Origin: Desulfocapsa sulfexigens DSM 10523 | GTDB taxonomy: Bacteria > Desulfobacterota > Desulfobulbia > Desulfobulbales > Desulfocapsaceae | Direction: 5' to 3' | Assembly (NCBI RefSeq): GCF_000341395.1 | Contig: NC_020304.1 | Span: forward strand, 270,001-302,000 | DNA length: 32,000 bases | In this document: piece after piece, positions 1 through 9,447 of the stretch | How positions within the stretch are numbered: the stretch's first letter is position 1 | How the letters are laid out: every line of letters starts with the position of its first letter | The notes under the pieces: model-generated | What the model was told of the DNA's origin: nothing | Databases searched by the model: none | Seen by the model: only the letters and a program-made list of their open reading frames with translations | Translations under genes and position numbers: made by a program

Positions 1-1317
1 TCTGGCCTTGGCACCTTTCTGCTTGGCAGGAAGCATATCAAGGAAATCCTTAACTTTTTCGAGAGCAGCCAGATCGTCCACCAGAATCTCTTTAATTTCG
101 GGATCAAAATGCTCCCGAAGAAAACGCAGAACGCAGTCATGATCCTGGTAGACCAGTCCCACACCTTCCATTGCCTGCCCTTTCAGCTTGATCTCATTCC
201 AGAGCCTTGACAATGAACGGACATCCTTAGTAAGTGCAGTTTTAGTAACATCCATACTTGCTGTACGAACAATCCAGCCCACACCTTCGGGAATATTCAG
301 AGAACCCATGATTTCACGCAACTGCGAACGACGCTCCTCACCACTGATCTTTCTCGATATTCCAGAAGAATCAGAGCCAGGCATAAGTACCACTCCACGC
401 CCAGGAATGGAAAGATAGGTGGTCATATTGGCCCCTTTATTTCCCACCTCTTCTTTTACAACCTGAACCAGAACCTCCTGCCCCCGCTCAAGGACATCGG
501 TTACTCTCAGCTTCTTCCACTGATGCTGTTCAATATAGCGTTTGTTCTCCTCACTGATTTCCTGTTTATAGTATTCAGGATGGATCTCATTAAAGGGAAG
601 GAAGCCGTTTTTATCAGTACCGTAGTCAACAAAGGCGGCCTGCAGATTACTCTCGATGGCTACTATTTTTGCTTTATAAATATTATTTTTTGTCTGCTTG
701 GAGGAAAGAGTGGAAACATGAATGGATTCCAGCCGTCCATCAGCGAGAAGCGCAAGACGACACTCCTCTGGTTCTTCAGCATTAACAAGAAGCTTTAACA
801 GCGGTGGCTTTTCCATGGAAACAGGTTTTTCAACCGCTGGTTCCGGCTGCTTTCCTTTTCCCGGTCCCTTTGCCTGCTGGTTACTCCGCCCACCACGAGG
901 ACGTGACGGTTTGGTTTTTGGCTTCGCCTCTTCTGAAGTATCAACTTTTACCGGATCTGACCCGTCTGTCATCTGTGATCCAGCAGGCAACTGATCAGCT
1001 TCCACCAACACATCAGGTTGCTTCACCTCTGCCTTTGCCTTCTCCGCAACCTCAGCTGTCGGCTTTTTTCTGGGAACCGGCTTCTTTCGAGGGGCTCGAG
1101 GCTTGGCTGCACTCTTTACAGCTGTTGTTTTTTTTCGTGCCTTAGGAGCGGTTTTTTTCGCAGGCTCTGCCGTTTCAACAACACCTGCTGTGACATCAGG
1201 TACATCTGGAACCGTTTCCTTTTTTTTCGTACTCTTCCACCAGGCACCGGTTGATGCCTTTTTCACAGTTTTTTCCTGCACAGCCTTTTTCTTTGGCTCT
1301 GCTTTTTTGTCTACCAT
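1..1317 (-). CDS. rne: Ribonuclease E/G family protein (partial, 3' end outside window) with a basic low-complexity N-terminal extension
   Basis: Minus-strand reading from CAT at 1315-1317 gives MVDKKAEPKKKAVQEKTVKKASTGAWWKST...; it continues into an S1-like region NIYKAKIVAIESNLQAAFVDYGTDKNGFLPFNEIHP and RNase E/G-type GRGVVLMPGSDSSGISRKI. It is open to the window edge. Confidence 0.88.
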   Translation of the reverse strand, partial: MVDKKAEPKKKAVQEKTVKKASTGAWWKSTKKKETVPDVPDVTAGVVETAEPAKKTAPKARKKTTAVKSAAKPRAPRKKPVPRKKPTAEVAEKAKAEVKQPDVLVEADQLPAGSQMTDGSDPVKVDTSEEAKPKTKPSRPRGGRSNQQAKGPGKGKQPEPAVEKPVSMEKPPLLKLLVNAEEPEECRLALLADGRLESIHVSTLSSKQTKNNIYKAKIVAIESNLQAAFVDYGTDKNGFLPFNEIHPEYYKQEISEENKRYIEQHQWKKLRVTDVLERGQEVLVQVVKEEVGNKGANMTTYLSIPGRGVVLMPGSDSSGISRKISGEERRSQLREIMGSLNIPEGVGWIVRTASMDVTKTALTKDVRSLSRLWNEIKLKGQAMEGVGLVYQDHDCVLRFLREHFDPEIKEILVDDLAALEKVKDFLDMLPAKQKGAKAR

Positions 1318-2131
1318 AATTTTCCTTTACCGAAAAAAGCCAGGCTCATTTCGGTACATTTGTGACACCCCTCTTGTAAGGGCTGTTGCATTTTTTAACA
1401 GAAAAAAGACCACTCAGGAGCCATCTTCTTCCCAGCATTATATTTTGTCGTCAATTTGCCAGGCACGGGTTTTCGGGATGTGTTACCCCGCCCCCCGGTC
1501 TTGATGGGAACAGTACTTACCCTCAACACCCCTGCAACGTTTCTGACACTTTTCCTGGACGAGAAATTCAACGTATTATCGCTTAACCCCTCTTCCATAT
1601 ATTTTCCCGGGGATATCCCGGTTCTCATCGCTCTATTGATGCACTGAAAGCTTGCAGCAAAGAACAAATCAATTCATTTATTCACACTACTTTATACTGC
1701 AATCAGCACACTCTTGCAACAGCAGGTGAATCAACAAGGGGGTGGAACCCACTTTTCTCGAAATCCATCAAACAACACATCAACAGGGAAGACTGGCTGA
1801 ACAGCAGAGAAAAAGGCACGGTTGAACGTATGATTGTGTACAGGTAATGCTTTCAGCAGAGAAAGCAAAAAAACACTGTTCATCTTTTCAAAAGCACACT
1901 ACAATGCTACATGCAAAATAAAACAATTTCCCTTTATTATCAAGGCAAATATGTGATTTTAAACTTGACACCAATCGCCCATCCTCGTACATTTCGTACG
2001 TTGATTAGATTGCTCTTCAACAATCAGGACCATGGGGGGTTCATCTCTCCTACTCCAAAGCAATCACACCAACAAGCCAGTACAAACATTTTCTTGTCAA
2101 TAACCATGTCAAACACCTCGCACAGTTTAGC

Positions 2132-4516
2132 ATGAAAACAAAAGAAACTTTCAGGGAGTTACCTGTGACAAAACTCTTCAATCGACATTCCCCTGCTGCA
2201 TTCTCTCTCTGTCTCGGCTCTTTGCTGGCTTTAGTCTCCCAGCCCAGTTTTCTTCAAGCTGACACCATTAACACCGATGAGTGGCAGATTGAGGCCGACA
2301 AAGTCCTTCGTTTTGATACCCCCCAAAGTGTTATTGCAGAAGGCAACGTTATCCTTACCAAAATACGGACTTTACCTCCTAAACGGGAAACAGGGCTGGT
2401 GAACACTTCAGACTGGTCTGTATTGCTTGAAGAGAATCCGGCAACACCTGTTGAAGATGTTGCAGCACAGGACGTTCTAATTGACGCGGAACCCCGTATA
2501 AAAACAGAAATGACCATCAAGGCAGACTGGATTGCCTATGACGTTGAACAGAACTCCATAAAGGCAAAAGGAAATGTCTCCATCGCCAATGACACCGATC
2601 AGCTTACTGCAAACGAAGGTGTCCTGGACCTGAACAAAGAAACAGGTATATTTAAGGAAGCCCTCATTCTCCGGGACTCTATGGATCTGCACCTTGAGGG
2701 TGAGACCATTGAAAAGACAGGAGTCAACACCTACCGTATCACAAACGGCTGGGTCGTCACCTGTAAAGTCCCCGAAGAGAACACACCTCCCTGGAGTTTT
2801 GCAGCCAGCGAAACGAATGTGACTCAAGGGGAATACGCCTTTTTGAAACATGCCACCTTTCGCATCAAAGATGTACCTGTTCTCTACACGCCCTGGCTCA
2901 TGCTGCCCGTAGGAAATAAACGGCAGACTGGTGTACTCTTTCCTGAAGTTTCCAGTTCCGACCGAAACGGATTTGGCTTCAACCTGCCGATCTTTATTAA
3001 TGTTTCCGACTCATCCGACCTCACCCTCTACCCTGAATATTATGCCAACCGTGGTTTTATGCCCGGTATGGAGTTTCGTTACGTCCTTGGTACCCAGGAT
3101 AAGGGGTCGTTAATGGCCAGCTATATCTACGATGATCTTTCAGACCCCTCCGAAACTGACTACTGGAACGACACAGGATACACCCACACCAATCAGGACA
3201 GATACTGGGTTCGAGGAAAAATTGACCAGGATTTCGACAACGACATCACTACCCGTATAGATCTTGATATAGTTTCCGACAGAGATTATCTGACAGAGTT
3301 CAATGGTGGAGTCACTGGATTTGACGAATCCAACCAAAAGTTCAGCGAGGTATTTGGGCGTGGCTTCCAGAATAAAACCAGTGACCAACGCCAGAACTCC
3401 GTAAAGCTCCTTAAAACCTGGGACGGAATGGCCCTGGAGGGCGTATTTCTGGGGATCAACGATGTCAGACCTGATCCTGTCCCCTTTATCAATCCTGAGA
3501 CTGGGCTAACAGAAACCATAACCAACCCCGGCGCTCTGTGGAAACTGCCAAGTATAGACTTCACAGGTAGCCTCCCCATGGGAGAAACAAGCCTGACTCT
3601 TGACTGGGATACTGATTATGTAAATTATTACAGGGAAGACGGTGTCGGGGGACACCGCCTTGATTTGTACCCTCGCCTGAGTGCCCCAATCCCTCTCAGC
3701 CCATACCTTGAAGCACGTGCTGAAGCAGGAGTGCGGGAAACCTTATACAGCGTTCAAACCTTTGGTGATGGGGAATGGGATAAAGGCGATAACCCAAACC
3801 GCCTGCTTGGGGATTTTCATACTGAAGTTGGAACCACTCTCTTAAGAAGTTTCGGTCTGAATGCAGATAACACCAGTGGTTTCACTCATAACCTCAGACC
3901 TTTCATTCAGTATGATTTCCTTTCAGACACAGACCAGGAAGACCTTCCAAGCTTTGACTCCGTGGACTATATAGGGGAACAAAATGCAATCACCTATGGT
4001 GTCGACAATTTCTTTGATCTCTTTGGAAACGACACTGACAGAGAATATGGCTACTTGAAGATCAGCCAGAGCTACGATTTCCGCAGTGAGGCTTCCGACA
4101 CTCCTTTCACCCCCGTCAACGTCAAGCTGCGCTGGAATCCACTAACCCAAGGCTGGGTTATCTATAAAACCAATATTGATGTGTATGGAGACGGATTTAC
4201 CTCTCACAGCGTGGAAACAGCCTACGAAAACAGCCGAGGTGATTACTTCAACCTCGATTATAGATACGGAAATGATGGTGACACCCAGCAGATCAACTTC
4301 AGCGCCAGAGCACAGCTGTTTGATACCATCTTCGCCGCATATGCAATCGAACATTCCATATCTGAATCCGAGATTATTTCGCAAAACATCTCACTGATGT
4401 ATCAACCTGCGTGCTGGTCTGTTGAACTGACCTCAAGATACACGCCCGGTGACCACAGCCTCATGCTGATGTTCAACCTTGCGAACATTGGCAGTCCGAT
4501 AAATTTAAGGCTATAA
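2132..4516 (+). CDS. lptD: LPS-assembly protein LptD (OstA/Imp family)
   Basis: 794 aa ORF with an N-terminal signal region, OstA-like WQIEADKVLRFDTPQSVIAEGNVILTK / KGNVSIANDTDQLTANEGVLDLNK, and LptD core motifs NQDRYWVRGKIDQDF, FTHNLRPFIQYDF. Confidence 0.93.
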   Translation: MKTKETFRELPVTKLFNRHSPAAFSLCLGSLLALVSQPSFLQADTINTDEWQIEADKVLRFDTPQSVIAEGNVILTKIRTLPPKRETGLVNTSDWSVLLEENPATPVEDVAAQDVLIDAEPRIKTEMTIKADWIAYDVEQNSIKAKGNVSIANDTDQLTANEGVLDLNKETGIFKEALILRDSMDLHLEGETIEKTGVNTYRITNGWVVTCKVPEENTPPWSFAASETNVTQGEYAFLKHATFRIKDVPVLYTPWLMLPVGNKRQTGVLFPEVSSSDRNGFGFNLPIFINVSDSSDLTLYPEYYANRGFMPGMEFRYVLGTQDKGSLMASYIYDDLSDPSETDYWNDTGYTHTNQDRYWVRGKIDQDFDNDITTRIDLDIVSDRDYLTEFNGGVTGFDESNQKFSEVFGRGFQNKTSDQRQNSVKLLKTWDGMALEGVFLGINDVRPDPVPFINPETGLTETITNPGALWKLPSIDFTGSLPMGETSLTLDWDTDYVNYYREDGVGGHRLDLYPRLSAPIPLSPYLEARAEAGVRETLYSVQTFGDGEWDKGDNPNRLLGDFHTEVGTTLLRSFGLNADNTSGFTHNLRPFIQYDFLSDTDQEDLPSFDSVDYIGEQNAITYGVDNFFDLFGNDTDREYGYLKISQSYDFRSEASDTPFTPVNVKLRWNPLTQGWVIYKTNIDVYGDGFTSHSVETAYENSRGDYFNLDYRYGNDGDTQQINFSARAQLFDTIFAAYAIEHSISESEIISQNISLMYQPACWSVELTSRYTPGDHSLMLMFNLANIGSPINLRL

Positions 4517-4521
4517 GCAGT

Positions 4522-5481
4522 ATGCACTTTGATGTCTTCAATGGCGACGCAGACGGTATACTGGCCCTGCACCAGTTCCGTCTGCATACTCCAAGCCCTG
4601 AGGCAACCCTGATCACCGGAGTCAAACGCGACATCACATTACTCAAGAAAATCAATACCCAGGAAAACAGCCGCATCACCGTTTTTGACATATCACTTGA
4701 CTCCAATCGCAGCCCTCTGCTGTCGCTTCTTGATCAAGGCAATACTATTACCTATATTGATCACCACTTTGCCGGAAGTATTCCGGACGACAACAAGCTG
4801 ACCGTTCACATAGACCCATCCCCAACGATCTGCACATCCCTCATAGTGGACAAACTTCTCAAAGGCAAATACCGGACCTGGGCCATAGCCGCTGCCTATG
4901 GAGACAACCTCCATGAATCTGCAGAAAAGGCAGCCGCCACTCTATCCCTTACCACAGAGCAACTGGCCATGCTCCGAGAACTTGGAGAGTTACTGAATTA
5001 CAATGGATATGGAGCGGAAATCAGCGACCTCCACTTTCCTCCAGATACCTTATATCAGGCCCTGCATCCTTACGAGGATCCATTTTCCTTTCTGGCCGAA
5101 TCCAAAGATCTAGCCACCCTCCGTCAGGGCTTCACAGAAGACATGGCACTTGCCATGGAACAGAAAGAAATGTCTCCCGGAAACAACAATAGAATTTATA
5201 CATTTCCTGACGCTCCCTGGGCAAGAAGAGTTGCCGGAGTGTATTCCAATCTGCGGGCCCGTGAGAAAAAAGACGTTGCACACGCACTCATTGTGCAAAA
5301 CAGGGATAAGACCCTGCGTATCAGCGTAAGAGCTCCCTTAAACAACAGAAAGGGTGCTGATAAACTCTGTCTCGCCTTCCCCACAGGAGGAGGACGCAGT
5401 GCTGCGGCCGGCATAAATAGCCTTCCGCCAGAATTACTTGATGAGTTTCTCGCCAGCTTTCACTCAACCTATTCAGCCTGA
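4522..5481 (+). CDS. DHH/DHHA1-family phosphoesterase
   Basis: FNGDADGILALHQF (DHH motif I-like), YIDHHFAG (DHH motif) and terminal GGRSAAAGINSLP (DHHA1 GGG/GH-like motif). Confidence 0.8.
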   Translation: MHFDVFNGDADGILALHQFRLHTPSPEATLITGVKRDITLLKKINTQENSRITVFDISLDSNRSPLLSLLDQGNTITYIDHHFAGSIPDDNKLTVHIDPSPTICTSLIVDKLLKGKYRTWAIAAAYGDNLHESAEKAAATLSLTTEQLAMLRELGELLNYNGYGAEISDLHFPPDTLYQALHPYEDPFSFLAESKDLATLRQGFTEDMALAMEQKEMSPGNNNRIYTFPDAPWARRVAGVYSNLRAREKKDVAHALIVQNRDKTLRISVRAPLNNRKGADKLCLAFPTGGGRSAAAGINSLPPELLDEFLASFHSTYSA

Positions 5482-5496
5482 GGTTACTTCATTAGG

Positions 5497-6531
5497 ATGA
5501 AAAATCTCATGCCAGGAATTTTTATTTTACTCCTTTGTCTCACCTTCCCGGCTCATAATGGGATAGCAGAAGATAAAGTTCTCGCTGCTGACCTGGTCAA
5601 AAACGGCCAGAAGATCGACTTGAGCCAGGAGAAATACAGACTTCTCTTTGAGGAGCTTGAACAGGTACACCAATTCACCAAAGATGAGATTGGGGCTATT
5701 TTTAAAGGGGTGAAAATCAAGCGAAAAGTGCTCGTTCTTATGGATACCCAATGGGAAGCAAAACCCTATTACCAGTATCGGCCACGCTTCATCACCAAAT
5801 CCGTCATAAGAGAGGCAAAAAAGAAACTTAAGAAACACAAAGATATACTTGATCGCATTGAACAGGAAATTGGCGTTGACCGGGAAGTTGTAATCGCCAT
5901 ATGGGGCATAGAATCCCGCTTCGGTACCTATAGCGGTGGCTTCAACGTCTTTCAGACCCTGAACACGCTCTTTGATGCCTACCCCCGTAGATCCGATTTT
6001 TTCCGAAAAGAGTTGATTGAATTCCTTATCCTCTGCAAAGAAAACCATTACAATCCCCGTATGATTACAGGTTCTTACGCTGGAGCCTTTGGCCAGACCC
6101 AGTTTATCCCTTCAAGCTTTCGCACATACGCAGTGAGCTTTGACGGCGACGAACGTCGTGATGTCTTTAACTCCATTGATGATATCCTGGCATCCATTGC
6201 CAACTATCTTCACTTCTTCCACTGGACGCTTGATGCACCTCTCTACATTGACATTGGAAAGACTTTAACGGGACCTGAAGTCATCAAGGCAAACAGCAAG
6301 GGGAGGAAAGGAGTTGTTGATTACCTCACGGTACAGAAAGAGCAGGCCATAGCCCTTCCCATTCCTCAAGCCAACAGGCCTCTTACCATCGTCGACCTGG
6401 AAATAGATCCGAAGAAAGGTGGTGGAAAACGCTATATTGCCGGATATCCCAACTTTCAGGCAATTACGGAATGGAACCATTCAAATCGATATGCCATGGC
6501 AGTCAGTGAACTTGCCGAGGCGATCAGATAA
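5497..6531 (+). CDS. mltB: Lytic murein transglycosylase B family (MltB/SLT_2)
   Basis: Signal peptide followed by VNREVVIAIWGIESRFGTYSG-like segment (here VDREVVIAIWGIESRFGTYSGGFNVFQTLNTL) and ITGSYAGAFGQTQFIPSSFRTYAV, diagnostic of MltB-type domains. Confidence 0.9.
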   Translation: MKNLMPGIFILLLCLTFPAHNGIAEDKVLAADLVKNGQKIDLSQEKYRLLFEELEQVHQFTKDEIGAIFKGVKIKRKVLVLMDTQWEAKPYYQYRPRFITKSVIREAKKKLKKHKDILDRIEQEIGVDREVVIAIWGIESRFGTYSGGFNVFQTLNTLFDAYPRRSDFFRKELIEFLILCKENHYNPRMITGSYAGAFGQTQFIPSSFRTYAVSFDGDERRDVFNSIDDILASIANYLHFFHWTLDAPLYIDIGKTLTGPEVIKANSKGRKGVVDYLTVQKEQAIALPIPQANRPLTIVDLEIDPKKGGGKRYIAGYPNFQAITEWNHSNRYAMAVSELAEAIR

Positions 6532-6538
6532 CAGACCT

Positions 6539-7726
6539 ATGATCAGAAAACATAGCACCTCTTTTTTTATTCTGCTTTCAGTTTTACTCCTCTTGTTAAA
6601 TAGCTGCGCTAAAGCACCACTCAACAAAGTCTCTCCTGCAGACACTCCCCCGCTTATTGACGATTCAAACCTTAACCATCTGCTTACTGCAGCAGTGCGC
6701 CATCTACACTACCTGAATAAACTTCCCAACGACACCTCATTTACCTTCGGATCCGACAGATATCCCGTTTCCTGGATCAGAGAATCCATGACATCCTTTA
6801 TTGATATCCTGAAACTGGACCCGACCAGAGACGAACTCGGTCGAATAATCAGTGAGAATTTTACGCTTTATCAGGCGGGCGGAAGAAAAGATTCTCATCA
6901 GGGTAAGATGCTGATCACGGGCTACTATGAACCTTTCCTCAAGGGAAGCCTCAAGAGAGAGGCACCCTACCTCTACCCCTTATACAGCCCTCCTCAATCC
7001 CTCGTTCAAGTAAAAGATCCCGCCAGTGGAACCCCGTTGTATAAACGAAGAAATGAAAAGGGGCAGCTCATTCCCTACTGGAGCCGAAAAGAGATTGAAG
7101 AAAATGGAGTAGCGAAGGGCAGCGAACTGGTCTACCTGAATAACCCGATCGATGCATTTATTCTCCACGTTCAAGGATCCGGAAAAATCCAACTGCAGGA
7201 TGGTTCGGTTCGTTCCATCCACTACGCTGCCTCCAATGGTCTTGAATATTTCTCAATTGGCAAATTACTTGTGGATCAGGGAAAGATGAGCCTTGAAGAG
7301 GCCTCCATCCCCTCCATTCGCGCCTACCTCCGCCAGCACCCAGAAGAGCAGGAAGATATTCTCAATCACAACAGCAAATTCATTTTCTTCAACTGGGCTC
7401 CCGATGGTGACCCAGTAGGAAGCCTTGGCGAACCCCTCGTTGCAGGACGCTCCATTGCAGTTGATCCTGAAGTTCTCCCGCAGACGACCCTGGCTTTTCT
7501 CATCAGTCGTAAACCAGTGCTGGACAAAGCTGGAACAATTACAGAGTGGATCCCCATGCACCGTTTTGTCTTTCCTCAAGACACCGGATCAGCGATCAAA
7601 GGCGCTGGGCGTGCAGATCTCTACTGGGGCAGTGGCAACTACGCAAAAGCCGCAGCCGGCAGTATGAAAGAAGAAGGAACACTCTACTTTATGATTAAAA
7701 ATAATTTCGAAAACCCGGACGAATAA
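6539..7726 (+). CDS. mltA: Murein transglycosylase A (MltA) lipoprotein
   Basis: The ATG at 6539 (inside the longer 6419 ORF) gives a lipoprotein signal LLLLLNSCAKAP; MltA motifs LITGYYEPFLKGS, YLNNPIDAFILHVQGSGKIQL, QDTGSAIKGAGRADLYWGSG. Confidence 0.92.
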   Translation: MIRKHSTSFFILLSVLLLLLNSCAKAPLNKVSPADTPPLIDDSNLNHLLTAAVRHLHYLNKLPNDTSFTFGSDRYPVSWIRESMTSFIDILKLDPTRDELGRIISENFTLYQAGGRKDSHQGKMLITGYYEPFLKGSLKREAPYLYPLYSPPQSLVQVKDPASGTPLYKRRNEKGQLIPYWSRKEIEENGVAKGSELVYLNNPIDAFILHVQGSGKIQLQDGSVRSIHYAASNGLEYFSIGKLLVDQGKMSLEEASIPSIRAYLRQHPEEQEDILNHNSKFIFFNWAPDGDPVGSLGEPLVAGRSIAVDPEVLPQTTLAFLISRKPVLDKAGTITEWIPMHRFVFPQDTGSAIKGAGRADLYWGSGNYAKAAAGSMKEEGTLYFMIKNNFENPDE

Positions 7727-7728
7727 AA

Positions 7729-8391
7729 GTGAAGAAACAGTGGCAGGTAAACTCCGCCGTGTTTCATGCACGGGCAGAGGAGTATGACAGCTGGTTTGAT
7801 AACAGCCTGCTCTTTGATATTGAGACTGCAGCTATTGCAGCACTGTCTGGTTCTCCCAAACAGCCATCTCTTGAGATCGGTGTGGGCCCCGGTCGCTTTG
7901 CATCGCATTTTGGTTCGAACTTTGGAATTGATCCTGCCCGAGGGCCTCTCCTTTTCGCAAAATCAAGAGCCATTGCTGTCTGCCAGGCAATCGGGGAAGC
8001 ACTTCCTTTTTCCAGCAAATCAATGAACAGGGTATCACTTTTTTTCACTCTCTGTTTTGTCCAGAATCCTGGGGAAGTTTTTCGCGAATCCCATCGAGTA
8101 CTCCAGGAGAACGGCTTTCTGCTCCTGGGGTTTGTGCCCTCAACGGGAGCCTGGGGAAAAAACCTGCAGCAAAAAAAAGAAGAGGGGCATCCTTTTTATA
8201 AACATGCCCGTTTTTTCACCATTGAAGAAATTAAAACACTTCTTACAGATGAGGGATTTGTTCCAGGGGAATCTGTTTCAATCCTTTACCAAACACCAGG
8301 GAATGTGACTCAAATGGAATTACCACAGCCGGGTATGGATAAAGAGGCCGGCTTTATTGTGCTTCGCTCCACAAAAAGTTATAACAGATAA
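7729..8391 (+). CDS. Class I SAM-dependent methyltransferase
   Basis: GTG start; SLEIGVGPGRFASHFG (SAM-binding motif I), followed by ALPFSSKSMNRVSLFFTLCFVQNPGEVFRESHRVLQENGFLLLGF. Confidence 0.8.
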   Translation: MKKQWQVNSAVFHARAEEYDSWFDNSLLFDIETAAIAALSGSPKQPSLEIGVGPGRFASHFGSNFGIDPARGPLLFAKSRAIAVCQAIGEALPFSSKSMNRVSLFFTLCFVQNPGEVFRESHRVLQENGFLLLGFVPSTGAWGKNLQQKKEEGHPFYKHARFFTIEEIKTLLTDEGFVPGESVSILYQTPGNVTQMELPQPGMDKEAGFIVLRSTKSYNR

Positions 8392-8444
8392 ATACATATT
8401 GTCTGCCAGTTAATGGTCACCAAAACTTTTTACAGGAGGTTTTT

Positions 8445-8798
8445 ATGAAAAAGACACTGTTTCTTACTGCCCTGCTTTCATTTTTATTTTTTCCTATCCA
8501 GGGACAAACAGAGGATTCCTATAAAATTGTCTTTGAAACCATGGATTGCAGCGGCAACACAGGCTTTGCTACCGTGGGCCCCGATGAAATTTTCAAAGTG
8601 GGAAATGGAGATTGCACTAACCCAGAAGATCCCGCTAAGAAACTGAAACAACTCCTCGTCCATGACGGCAGTGGCAGCTACAAAGTCTATACGCTGAGCC
8701 AGGAAGAGGCCAGAAATGTCATGCTTGAATTGAAAGAGTATATGAAATCCAGAAAAGGCGTTCTTGACCGATCGGATGCTGTAATTATCAGCCAGTGA
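8445..8798 (+). CDS. Small exported protein of unknown function
   Basis: 117 aa ORF with SD-like aggagg just upstream and signal peptide MKKTLFLTALLSFLFFPIQGQ; TGA overlaps the start region of the next gene. No recognised domain. Confidence 0.6.
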   Translation: MKKTLFLTALLSFLFFPIQGQTEDSYKIVFETMDCSGNTGFATVGPDEIFKVGNGDCTNPEDPAKKLKQLLVHDGSGSYKVYTLSQEEARNVMLELKEYMKSRKGVLDRSDAVIISQ

Positions 8799-8803
8799 GT
8801 CAG

Positions 8804-9325
8804 ATGAAAAACGCTATACGTTCTTTTACCACCTCTTTTCTTTTTCTACTCACCGTCCTTTCCATAGTAACGGGTTGCTCTTCAGTGCAACATACCTCAA
8901 GGACATCGATTGAAGTTGTGAAAATGCCAACTGCTGTTAATTTGCAGGACAGCGATTTTGTCAAATCAACTTTATTGGAGCAGTATAAAGAATGGTATCG
9001 AACACCATACCGGATGGGTGGCTTAAACAAACGCGGTATTGACTGTTCCGGCTTTACGTATGTCACTTTCCGTTCAAAACTCGGACGTATTCTTCCCCGA
9101 ACAACGGATTTACAAGTTCAGACAGGACGGCAGGTGGCTCGGAGAAATTTACAGATCGGTGACCTTGTGTTCTTCAAAACAAGCCTCTTTTACAAACATG
9201 TGGGCGTATACCTGGGAGATTCAAAATTCCTTCATGCCTCCACAAGCAGTGGAGTGATCATCTCAAACCTGAACGACCGGTACTGGAATGAAAACTATTG
9301 GACAGCAAGGCGTATTGACAGCTGA
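8804..9325 (+). CDS. NlpC/P60 family lipoprotein (cell-wall endopeptidase); alternative GTG start at 8795
   Basis: Lipobox TVLSIVTGCSSV; catalytic GGLNKRGIDCSGFTYVTFR, RNLQIGDLVFFKT, KHVGVYLGDSKFLHASTSSGV. Confidence 0.9.
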   Translation: MKNAIRSFTTSFLFLLTVLSIVTGCSSVQHTSRTSIEVVKMPTAVNLQDSDFVKSTLLEQYKEWYRTPYRMGGLNKRGIDCSGFTYVTFRSKLGRILPRTTDLQVQTGRQVARRNLQIGDLVFFKTSLFYKHVGVYLGDSKFLHASTSSGVIISNLNDRYWNENYWTARRIDS

Positions 9326-9389
9326 AGAGGATTTACCTTTTTCAATTCAATCTGATCAATACTGAAATTTCGGCAGAAACCGGAACAAA

Positions 9390-9427
9390 AAAAAGGTGTT
9401 GGGTGACTTCTCACCCAGCACCTTTTT
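9390..9427. terminator. Bidirectional intrinsic terminator between convergent NlpC/P60 (+) and CsgG-like (-) genes
   Basis: Inverted repeat aaaaaGGTGTTGGGTGA-CTTC-TCACCCAGCACCttttt, with a 12-bp stem (one G-T mismatch), flanked by A and T tracts. Confidence 0.85.
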
Positions 9428-9447
9428 CTGCTTCAAAAACCTTCCAG

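Noticed and set aside
523-1254. Several plus-strand ORFs (523..798, 722..994, 804..1145, 1018..1254)
   Set aside because: All antisense to the RNase E/G low-complexity extension and S1 region; shadow ORFs from biased codon composition.
1395-1667. Minus-strand 90-aa ORF upstream of rne
   Set aside because: No ribosome site, domain or coding-like composition; treated as intergenic.
1911-2135. Plus-strand 74-aa ORF overlapping the lptD start
   Set aside because: No recognisable motif or family; its only support is a 4-bp overlap with lptD, which is insufficient.
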